DNA from: Balanoglossus misakiensis | Lineage: Eukaryota; Animalia; Hemichordata | Reading direction: 5' to 3' | Length of the DNA: 64,000 nucleotides | Assembly: GCA_040954595.2 (NCBI GenBank) | Contig: CM082593.2 | Coordinates: forward strand, 1,188,901 to 1,252,900 | Part shown: piece by piece, positions 39,600 to 50,630 of the stretch | How the letters are laid out: each line of letters opens with the position of its first letter | Numbering within the stretch: the stretch's first letter is position 1 | Translations under genes and position numbers: made by a program | The notes under the pieces: model-generated | The model's database searches: none | Told to the model about the DNA's origin: nothing | The model's input: only the letters and a program-made list of their open reading frames with translations

Positions 39600-40650
39600 C
39601 CTTGGCGTGTTGAACATACCGTGTCTTGGCATTTATTTTCCCCGAGTCTAAATTCAGAGCACATGACACTGTAAATCTCTCTTGTAATTTTCCTAGCTGA
39701 TCAGAACTACTTATGATCTAACTTAAATTATACACCAGAGGCAACATAAAGAAAACTACTTAAAAGTTATCCTCAACATACCAAACATTTTAAACATATC
39801 CATGATTCTAGTTATGCTCTGGCTTCGTTCATGAAAGTCGGGTTACTGATCGATGGAACCACACACTAGGCTGTTTATTGCATAAATCTTTTCAAAACCA
39901 TAACTTGTCAACAGTTAGCTAATTTTGTCTTACAGTCAATATTTTAATCAAACTGTTATGTGACATACGTTGATGACAAGTCGAGCAGCAAGGCAAAGTT
40001 CCTATTCAGCAGATTTTAGAACAAATGAAATCTAAAAAGTTATCCAAAATGGCAATCGGCGGCCATTTTAGTTTCCAAACTGTCACGTGTGAGCATGGTG
40101 GCTGAACTCACTTCCTTTTTCCGCCATGACTGCCTTTCACTCTGTGACGTAATATCCACCATGATTCTGATGCATATATTAAACGCAACTTGTAATCTAT
40201 AGGCGTACGTGTGGTTAATTTCTAATGAACTTGTTTGTGCAGGCAAGCTTCACTTAATTTCAGCTAATATCATAAAAGTTTATCGCGGCGGTCTCAATTA
40301 AATCATCTCAATTACGTCGTCTGCTCATGACCAGCATTTCAATTACATACTGCATGTTCTGGGCAATCTTGTCTATTGCAGTAATATTCTGGTCTTGGCG
40401 TCTAAGTATTGTAGATGTTTTAATACATGATAAACTGCGTCTGGGGTCATGGGTCAGTGGCTGCACCTGACCTTTGGTAATGCTCTTAAACATTTTTGTT
40501 TAGTGTAACGACAAACACTTCACATTTTAACTCTCACAAAGAATGTGGAAAGGCGCTATATTATTGATTCCAGCTTGTTAACACAACCCTTCTTTGCATT
40601 ACCAGGAAGTTCACTATTGACAGTGGGGGAAAGCCATGCAAACATGCAAA
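39600..40650 (-). pseudogene. Decayed BTB-BACK relic with internal insertion
   Basis: RRVVLTSWNQ*YSAF..SL*ELK...VTL, NITAIDKIAQNMQY; after about 40040-40250, MSHNSLIKIL...LTV..EKIYA and VWFHRSVTR. Confidence 0.55.
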
Positions 40651-41399
40651 AATGAATGCACGGAGGGGGTGGGGGGACATTGACCATAGAAGAGCTACAC
40701 TGACCATTAAAAGCATAGGGGTACTTTGTCTAGGTAGGAAAGAACTCGTCATAATTTATTTGATTGCGCCATCAAAAGGAAACGCGACGTCAAGGGGCTA
40801 ACGTTGTGTAATAAAGCGTAAATTTCAATGACAGGCCTGGAAATTAAGAATCGTTTTGTGACATGTTTACCACTAACGTGTGATTGGTTTTGGCGTCTGA
40901 GAAATGGCCTTTACACGTCTGTAATGTTGATCAGTGTTAACTAAATCTTTCTGTTTATGAGCGAGTTGAAAGCCTTCACGCGTTTTAGCACAGCTACGTC
41001 AATGTATTAAACATATAAGCTTGTGAGGTGCAGGTTAGGAGCCAGAATGACATTCTTCTTGTAATCACTGCGCATGTGCGTCAAGGTCCCAAAGGTATAA
41101 AATATACACTGGATCAGGATGCAAGCTCCCCACTTTTAAGTTATGAATATTTATAGTTTTGCTATGAGATCTGTTTCCTATCACCAAATTAGCAAACTGA
41201 GTTCCCTCGCAGTCTCGGGTACCAACTACATGTACAGACACGCTCCTCAAATTGTCTGACCTGCACCTCTGTCAGACAGAACTTATAGCTGAAGGCGAAT
41301 TTTGCGTAATAAATGCTTGTTTTAAATCTGGCAGGTTATCTGAGTTCTGTAAGGCCTGGGCCGTTGTGCCGAGGCAATTGGGGAAGGCGGTTAGATCAG

Positions 41400-43200
41400 T
41401 TTTATGTGACTGACCGCCGAGTAATCATTTGTAGGGATCAACCTCGCTGTTTCCGTGCCGTGTAAATCCGTCACAACATTCATGAGTCTGATGGGAGGTA
41501 TCATTAATCTTAACCTGAACCAACTGCGAGTTCGCGCCAGAACGATCCCAGGTCAGTTTGGTCATATGACTGGCGATCTCTGCACGAGAGATAGATGGAA
41601 TAACGAAAACATACTTGTATAAAGGCACATACGTTAAGAAAACGTCAAAATGTTTGAACTTGAAAGTAGTGTCAGTGTTTTGCTGATAAAACTCATGACT
41701 TGGATAATCAAATAAGGTCCTTTGTCATTCCAGTGAAAAAGCGTGAGGTTTTGATGAACCGATCACAACAATGACGTTTTAACTTAACTATTTGCACTAA
41801 ACCCCTTGTAGACCCATCACGCATATTTCCTCCATCTCTATGATTTCATCAAAGAATACGCCGACTTTGAAATATTCTCATCTTAATTTGTTTTGCTGTG
41901 TTGACAGGCATTAAACTGATAAAACCTAGGACCTCCAAAGGGGTTTGCATTTTAATAGGAAGTAAGGTTATTTAAAGCACCCTTGATTCAGCTTACTAGA
42001 AGGAACATTTAACTCATTTGTTATCCAACCCGTTATTCATTACAGTCACAAGACCACGGCATGCACCACAAAATTGATTTATAAAGTACGGCCATACTAC
42101 TTTGATTTGCGAGTATATCTTGCTCTTATGATTTTTATCATCTTCTAGGGGATGTTGATCGATGTTTAAATGCACAAACAGTTCATTGTTTAAATGTCCT
42201 TCGAGTTTTGCAAAGCACCCAATCTCTAATGAGCTTTATTGATCTCAGCATCTTTCAGTTTTAGTGTTGTGGCCAATAACAAATATTAACCCTTAAAAAC
42301 AAAATGGAATGAGATTGATCAGGACCATTCAAAATCTCCGACTTCTTTGGTGTCATTAATGCATTATGGCAACTGGAAAGATTCTATAGTTTTGATTTTT
42401 ATAAACAGTCAACAAGTATGAGGCTTGAGGTGATCGATTATTTAGTATTTATGTCGTTTCCCTTCTTGGCGTTCATTCTGAATATCAACTAATTTCTCAG
42501 CTGCTGTAGACCTATGTAGACATAAAGTTGCATTGCTAACATTCCCATGAAAACGATTTACTAGCAAGCATTGCATATCTGTCAACACCAGTGTTATGGG
42601 ACTGCTTCGATGTTAATATATAACTCACCCGGCCTATTTTATCGAAAAAGCATTTGGACCAAATTTACGTCGTACATCCACATCATCAGGCTAAACAGGT
42701 GTTTTTCTTTCATGATAATAAATATATACTGCAAATGTTGAAAGATTACCCCAGTATTTTCAATATGTATCGACTTACACAAATATGTATGAGTGTATCC
42801 AATACCTCAGCGTGTGGCCGAGCTCTATGTTCTATGGTGACGGAGAATAGTGTGCTTACTTTGGTCTTTCTACAACAATAATTTGAACTTCCAGAATCAA
42901 TGAGTGCAATCGAGTTACATGGGATTGGGTCTTCCGTTCCCAGAAGTAAATATCAAAGGATGATTAATTTGAAAACAAATCCAGATGAAATGATGTCAAA
43001 CAGGCTAGCCTCGAGTTCATGTGCCCAAATGGAGCATATCCAATTTTAAATAAAATTGTGGATGAAAGATTCCTCTGATCAACTTTATGACATGTAATTA
43101 GAAGTCGTATCCAGGTTTCCCCCGATTTCACAAGAAAATTGCTTCCCCATCATTATGGCTGTTGCAGATCATAATTGCAGACAAGCCTTCAAGCTTTGAA
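41400..43200 (-). pseudogene. Near full-length decayed BTB-BACK-Kelch relic
   Basis: ITCHKV, SGFVFKLII-DIY-SG, IFQHL, NLVQML..GELYINIEAVP*HW; kelch-like GLIFVIG, EEICVMG, LYKYVFVI, EVDPYK. Confidence 0.5.
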
Positions 43201-43448
43201 CAGAAGTTATTTAGTTTTGTATAGAGCGTACTAGCGGGTTGAAAAAGAATGACATTGTGTAAGGAACTACAGACGTCCAGGTATTGAATTATTCTGGTTA
43301 TATGCTCGACGAGACGGCATCATATCTTACATGACTGCGATTTCTTAATTTTCCCTATATACATGAGAAAGTCACTTATGGCTAATGTCGCCAACGGTAC
43401 AGATAGCATTGATATAGTAATATCCCATTGCCCAGATACTGCCTGTTC

Positions 43449-43477
43449 GTGTGTGTGTGTGTGGGGGGGGGGGGGGG
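43449..43477. repeat. (GT)n plus G15 run abutting the MITE; a G18 run also occurs at 46242-46259
   Basis: Read directly from the sequence. Confidence 0.85.
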
Positions 43478-43481
43478 CATA

Positions 43482-43677
43482 CTGTAAAACACTTTTTTTC
43501 GCGAGTCAAAATTTTCGCGATATCGAGAGAGGCCACTGTTACGCGAGTATTAATTTTCGCGTTTTCACACATTGTTCTTTCACAACTATATGTACGCGAG
43601 TCTTTATTTTCGCGTTTTTTTTGGCTCTCGCGTATTTAGCGTAAATTTAATGCTCGCGAAAATAAAGTGTTTTACAG
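43482..43677. mobile_element. ~196-bp MITE with TA target-site duplication (Tc1/mariner-type non-autonomous element)
   Basis: Left end CTGTAAAACACTTT-TTTTCGCGAG matches the reverse complement of the right end CTGTAAAACACTTTATTTTCGCGAG. TA flanks at 43480-81 and 43678-79. Internal TTTTCGCG subrepeats. Confidence 0.85.
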
Positions 43678-44399
43678 TATATCACCTACACATTGTATTA
43701 CACAAGACCTAATGCCTACCAAAAGGACATACAAGTGAACAATTACATTTATAACAGGGCATGATTACAATTCAATATTGTCAAGAACAAGATAGCGTAA
43801 GGAAAGATGTTTTCCATGTGGCGTACAGAGACGCATGCATCTTGTTCTGAGGTGTATTGAACTGTAATCATGCCACAGTATCAGTAAAATAAAAAGATGG
43901 CGTATGCTTACTTGTTGCTTGAAGGATGGAACTTCGGCAAACCTGAAGAAACGTTTCTTTCGGCACCTACTGCTGCAAATATTCCACACATTCCTGGAGC
44001 AACCAGTCATCCTCATCAGCCTCTTCACATCCTTTTCTGCTGACATGTTTTGGTAAACGAATACACCGGCAATAACGACACGACGATTTCCCTGAGAAAA
44101 TGGTGACACGAACAAAATGGTGGTGAACACTCTCTGTGAAAGCACCTGGTGGATCTGTGCACATGGCCACACTCGACCAATAGACATCTATTACACAGGT
44201 GTATGTTCTAATTGTTAATTGGCTGACAAGAAAGTGCTGTGTGCTTCATGATTGGTCATGTTTTACACCAGGTGTATTTGTCTGTCTCCTTGCAAATCTG
44301 TGTGCTTATACCGGTAGTATTCATTGAACATCCTCGTGCAATTAAAATAACAATTGAAGATATCTTTGTACTATTTTGCCACCATTTTGGTGTATGTTA

Positions 44400-44960
44400 A
44401 TATGTTTCCGACATTCATACTATCTCCAAGGAGAGACCAAAGGTGAAGTCATAAGAATGTTACTACATGATGTACTCTTTCATTTCTGCCTCTCTATCTA
44501 AATGCAATGGCGAAAACTTGTGTTAGGCTAGAACGGGTACCGATATGTTATAACACAAATTATACCGTAGTTATCTGACTTCCATTTTTTCTGCAGTCAC
44601 GTTGCAATAATGTGTCGTCTTCATGAAAGCCAGATATGAATCAAACCGACGACATCGTTTCTCTAGTTACATTGGAATTTCATCGGGCAAAGAGTAAATT
44701 CACGTGACCAATAACACGCCAAAATCCCATTGCAGTTGTTGAACGCTTCAACCTTCTAGCAATACACATATTTCCAATGTGGCGAGCAATTGCCCTGCTG
44801 GCATTTGACAATTTTATGACTTAGGATTTCAACTGGATTACGAGAAACGTAATTGTCAAAATAAATGACAGTAGATATGATCAGAATGCCAGAAAATTAC
44901 TTGCGTCACTGCAGTTAAATTGCAATCGATCAAACGTACAATTGCTACAGGTTTTATTTT
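44400..44960 (-). pseudogene. Possible decayed GPCR relic (N-terminus to TM3)
   Basis: NKTCSNCT sequons, a hydrophobic TM1, HIGNMCIA, SSLTQVFAIA-LDR. Confidence 0.3.
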
Positions 44961-45459
44961 CATTTTACACGCTGGTGATTCACAAATACATACAATTGAC
45001 ACGAATTTCTTTACGCAAACTACTAGTATAGATCTGCCAAGCCTTATAATACCCGGCAGAATTTATAAGATTTAGGCCAATACATTCTCTCTCCGATTGC
45101 AAGGACTGTCAGTATCAATAGACCATTTTCCGAACTCCACAAAACCCTGCGAGATCTCGCGTGACTATGCAGATTATATGGGAGGGCATTCTCATATATC
45201 ATATATGACACAGGACAAAAATACATAACCCGCCATGTTAAACGGCACAAAAGTTTATATTTTTTTTAATCTGCAGGCCAGCTATTCTATTTTCATACAA
45301 TGTTCCACTGGTTACTTGGCTAGGAACCAGTTGCTATGGTAATAACCGCAAGTATCGCGAGATCATATATTATGCAAATGAGATTCAACTTGTCTTACTG
45401 CAATAGACTTCTAACGTTCGATCTTTTTACATGTTTAGCTACAACTTGTCATAATTACT

Positions 45460-46080
45460 ACACTCTTCCTTTCAGGAAGTAATTTATTCAGCCAGTAAAA
45501 TTATTATATTCATAGAGTGACATGTTATTTATATGTAATGTGACATTTCCTTATCTGAAATGCAACCATTACGACTGTTCAATAATCGATGACCTGGTAC
45601 CCACTATTATGACCTATATGTATATTTATTTTTAGTAAATGAAAAATGCTGGAAGGGTAACAGTGGAGGAAAACTATTCTTACAAACATCAAAACATGTT
45701 ACCGCTTGATTACACAGGCAAATTGTAGACATTACCTTTTTCTATCTGTCTTTGTAAATCAGTGTGCACTGCCCCGCTGGGTGACGCCCCCTTCTAATGC
45801 AATCACTCGTTGCATTTTCCAAGACCCCAAAAAATTGCAATAAACATCCCCCAGAGCAATTTATTGACCTTGCTTAAAAATACTCTAATAGGAGTAAAAG
45901 TTTTCCAATTATAGAGGTTAGAAATATTATGATGGTTTACGATTATGCCTTCAACCAAATCAATGAGAGTCAGCTTTATGGCTGCCTTCGGGAGAAGTCT
46001 CGTAATGAACTAAGTCCACAACCAGAGTTGTGGTACTCTCGTCTTCTTGTTGTTTTTTTTCTGATGAATTCTCGCAGGCC
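45460..46080 (+). pseudogene. Decayed BTB-BACK relic
   Basis: SFQEVI, YYIHRV, AGRVTVEEN, NQINESQLYGCL...RLL. Confidence 0.35.
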
Positions 46081-47499
46081 GAGCAACGGAGCTATTAAAA
46101 CCCAGTGCACCTAAACACGTGTTTCGAAGTCTTCCATATTCAGGCATCCCATAATGCGTCATTGGGAGTTAGTCGTCGTTTATTGAGCAATCCAAATCAC
46201 CAAAGAATTTTTGCTCTCTTAAATAGTGTTTACTCCATGCTGGGGGGGGGGGGGGGGGGCGGTCAAATCAGTCAAATTGCATTCTGGGTAATAATGTCGA
46301 CAACTCACACAGTAGTAAGATATGTTATATTGCCCGTATTTCATGACACCCTTGTTTGTCTTTGTAGCTATAATATACATGTAGAACTCGTTCAGAACAA
46401 TTAAGACAATGAACCTGATAAAAAGAACAAAAAGTAGTGGAAAAATAGTCAACAGTTAGAGCCAATGTCCTTCTGACTCTCAAGAAAGAATGATGTGTTT
46501 GTTTCCAGTGAAAAACAGACGACTCGACAGAAGACAGAAGAACACAGTAAACTGACGGTTTTAGTATTGAAGCCCCTTGTGCGAATGATGAAAGAGTAAG
46601 TGGCCTGGTTCTTATGCAGCACACGTGTGAAGTACTGTACAGTGGACCAGTGTGGATTTCAACAGTTGACAAATGAGCTCTCAGTGGTGCACATGTAAAT
46701 GCACAAATCCAGTGTTTATTTCTTTCGTGCCACATACAAATTGTAAACTGATCATATTTGTTCTCCTGTAGTCTGAACAAGAGAAAGTACTCTCAGATAG
46801 CAAATGGTTTTCTCCTCTATTTTCTGTCGGTCTAACTGAGAGAATTCCTTTCACGTAATGCAGGCATGATGAGTAACCGAATAAGAGGCTTTTCCAAATG
46901 CCGCCCGATCATGCTGAGTACGGAAAAGTATCTACAGAAGAGATAAGACCTGTGAGTTGACGACAGATAAGAATCACATCACTCTAATATGACTTAGTTA
47001 CAGAAAATCTGAGCCAGTACACGTATGATGCGATGTTTTCATTCGAGTTCAAAGTACCCACCAAAAGGGAATGATCCTACTGAATCAACCGCATTTATCG
47101 CTACCAAATTATAACCATTTGAACGCAACATTTTTCGCTGACAAAACGCGGTGCAACATTTTTATCGTTTTTCTCACATTTCTCTCTATTTTCTCTGTTA
47201 ATTTTAGACCAAGTGCACAAGCGATGGTCTGAAGGCGACGAAAATCCTGACAGCTTTCATGGATTCCTGGAAATAGGTCCTAAAACAAAGCTATACGACG
47301 ACGCCTTTGGTGGTGTCACGTGCTAAAGGCATAATTGCAGACGTACATTGATAAACAATTGGTCCCCGCTTAGGCAATGACGCACATCTCGTTATAAACA
47401 ATTTCCCAAGTTCCCAGGTCTTCCCTAACCACAGTTAAACACACAAACACAGTATTTGAGGGATTTGCCTATTACATTCAAGTAAATGGATTACCTCGA

Positions 47500-48190
47500 A
47501 TGCGAGTCTACAGTAGTATTTTAAGACAAAAAAACCCGCCAGTCTACCGGGTACGCCACTTAACGCACGAACAAGATTCTCTTAGATATAATACTCCCAC
47601 TTAGCCCAATTTCAAAGGAAACTTGGGGTTTATTGCACTCTTCCTCAGAATCGATTGTGACCTATTTCAGTGAATTACTTCTGACCAAAATGTATATCTG
47701 TTTATTGTACAAACTGTAATTTTACATCACAGGCTTGACACCAGTTTGGTCCCCATTATCACATACTACATATTCCGGGATCGCTAATATGCTGCAAGCA
47801 CTTGGATATCAAGTGACTATTAAACTTAGATTGAAAGACCACTTCATTCAATTAGTTTATTCACAACAGGCACTCATGGAGGATTGACATTGTTTTTATA
47901 TGTCGGCAATTTTCCCCGTTCGTCCAGCAAGTTCTTTCAGCATGCACGGCTAAATCTGCCGTCACATTTTCCAAACTGTAACATTAATTTTAAAGAGAAA
48001 TGCTCTTATGACCTTGGATAAAGCTGGGTTAATGATGCTTTTTTGTAATGAAATGCTATCTTGCCAAGTGCAATATTAAAAGTCATTCAACTATACAGCC
48101 AACATGGAATTCTCAATCAGTTCTATGTCAAAACAGCTGCGTACCACACCAGTTAATTATTTCACCGTCCAAGTAGAAGAATACCCTCGA
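47500..48190 (-). pseudogene. Decayed BTB-BACK relic
   Basis: GTQLF*HRT, QDSISLQ, KINVTV-ENVT, EIADI*KQCQSSM, TN*M, SNSL..IDSEEE, LK-WAK. Confidence 0.5.
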
Positions 48191-49449
48191 TAATTCACAA
48201 GGACTAGTCAACACGTAAGGCTACAGTCAACACGTAATTCAGTGCCTCCTAAAATGTGCAATGAATGGGCTTAATTGGCATTTATGAACACCTTTTCTAC
48301 ATAAAAATAACAGGTTGCATCACAGTGTGTACATAAATTGACCGTGATTTCATTACATGTGATGTACACGCCGTCATGGGTAGTGCTGGTATTTGAAACT
48401 GTGTTTAATGTTAATATACAATGACCTGTAAGGTTTTTGAATTCAAAACATCAGAACAGCTAGGATATGTTGGGAAGAATGTATCCAATGTGAATCTATT
48501 GATGCTGTTGTTAATTGATCATTTGATCTTCACCACACGTTTGTTCCTCTACACTCATTACCAACTATTCTTATTCCCCTGAGAAAGCATAGGACAAACA
48601 AGAGGTGATCGTCTGCGTAATTTGCTTGAAGAAGTTGCTCTTCTGCCTTGAGGGATTTCATTCAGCCAAGGGAGATGGAAGGAAGGCAAGATCTCTGTGA
48701 AACTTACATACACTTAATTTTCCATTTCTTTAGTTGAGGTAAAGGCCTAGGAAACCACACAAGAGGCTTTCGTTGCTATGGGTTTGATATCGACTACAGA
48801 TGGGCAGGGAACAGCGCCAGCATCGGCCAAAAGTTGTAAGGTCTCTAGAATTCAACATTCATTGCCTGCATGCATTCAAGGCTGTCTAATTTTTGCGGGT
48901 CGATATAGGGTCACATCTAATTCCGGGAACACATTTGCCAAAAACGTGGACGCCACTAGCCGATGGGGGGATCGTAAAATAAAAGTCAGTTGAGGATGTA
49001 TTCCGTGACTTTAGCCCTATCAGTGTTCATGAAATCTTCAATGGTATTGATATTCCTCCAGGGTGTTTTCCAAACAAGGTCAACCTTTCAGAATGGTGTT
49101 CTCTATTTCTCGTTGATGTGTTTTTCTTGTATCCCAACGCGTGTACGCGTGTTGTAGATTCGCCGGATAGCTTTGACTATATACATAGCTTTTGGGCGAT
49201 CCTCTAGAGGGACTAACGTGACCATTTGCATGATATTGGATAAATGCCCAAATATAAAGGCATGATGATGTACGATAAATATTTATCTAACATGAGTTAG
49301 CTACGACAGCTGTCATCACTCCTAAGTTGACAGACATTCCACGTTTCGCTTCATAAATAATTCAGAGAAAACATTCAGACAAAATTCAACTTATTAAGCT
49401 ATACAGTTTGGCTTTGATATGTGCTTTACTGTAACAGATGGTCCCCTTT

Positions 49450-49950
49450 AAATCAACATGTTAGCAGACACATCACTATGTGCGAGCATCGAATTCATAA
49501 TGGAGGCTGTGTGCTAGCAGGCCTGATATGGCGCACTTGAGAAATTGCATCTTTGTATAATCGTTTTTATGGTCCCACGACGTTTTCACATCATCCAAAT
49601 CTAACATAACAACATTCTATAAATTACACGAACTTTGTATAATAGTCCCAATGGTTACAACTCAGCCTTGCTAGCCTGTCATGCAGCTGCTATGCGTGCA
49701 GTACAGCAGTTGTCAAAATGGTATGGCGGCCTTAACTTCTGTTGGCCCAAGTCTGTCGTTAAAACATTGTGTGTTTCTACTCAAACAGTTGTATCCTTGT
49801 CTCCGTAATCCAAACCGTTATCCTGACGATAACAATCAAATCGTTGGATTCCGTAGTCACTTTATCTTTTATCGTCAATTCTCATACGGAAAATAAAAAG
49901 CATTATATGCATCATAAAGTTGAGATGTCTATCATTTAATACCTGGTCTT
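49450..49950 (+). pseudogene. Decayed BTB-BACK relic
   Basis: NMLADTSLCASIEF, CVLAGL, MQLLCVQYSSCQNGM, KHCVFLL, IFYRQF. Confidence 0.45.
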
Positions 49951-50630
49951 CCTTATCAGACTCACGTATCATAGCAAGTGTCAAATGAAACTTATATGCT
50001 GGTAACATTCATTAAATTATTTTGTTTGGGCAGTTTTTAGAGCTTCAGTGGTAACAACACAGATTTAAAAGAATATTTTCATGATTTGTGTTTCAAACGA
50101 ACATTCCAGGGTGCACCTGTGCCAGATCAGAACAGAGTGGCCCCCTCCCAGAGACACACAAACGCCAAATAAGACGCTGCCCTCACCGCCAGGTATGATG
50201 CAGAGAAAACAGTAGGACGCCATCTACGACAACTTTTGAGCTCCCTGATAAGATTGACATAAAGACAATATTTCCACCATAATTTCAAAACACTTATAGG
50301 ACCCTATAAATCAGATTTCAAAGCACTTGGACAATTGGCCAAAAAGACACAAATTGACCATATATAATTATAAATGTTTTATTGACAGGATGTAACTGCT
50401 AAAACCTGTATTTTCATACACGAAAATTGATAAAACATTATTAAAGTTGGTAACTTACAATCATATTGTAAATAAAATTCAAGTATTTTAGTCTGTCTAA
50501 CAGGTGGAATTTGTGCAAAACTTTGTGTATCATTGATATGTTTTATTAACATGTCTTTAATGTTCGAATACAAAAAATGATCAGTTTCTTGAGATTCAAT
50601 CACTAAGAACTCGGCATACAATGGCTGAGT

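Noticed and set aside
40046-40068. aaaatggc...gccatttt inverted repeat as a MITE
   Set aside because: Probably a fragment of a repeat inserted in the BTB relic, but the ends and TSD are not definable.
46325-46780. 151-aa minus-strand ORF with nearby acceptor-like sites
   Set aside because: Non-ATG start, no recognisable domain and no consistent exon chain.
49434-49451. TTAA-type (Kolobok-like) element end cagatggtcccctttaa; also ttaaagggac near 30352
   Set aside because: No matching partner TIR nearby, so no element could be delimited.
49930-50260. Exon-like segments downstream of MVK
   Set aside because: No open frame continuing MVK, which already has a stop codon and AATAAA signals (minus strand, 50542-50547 and 50378-50383).
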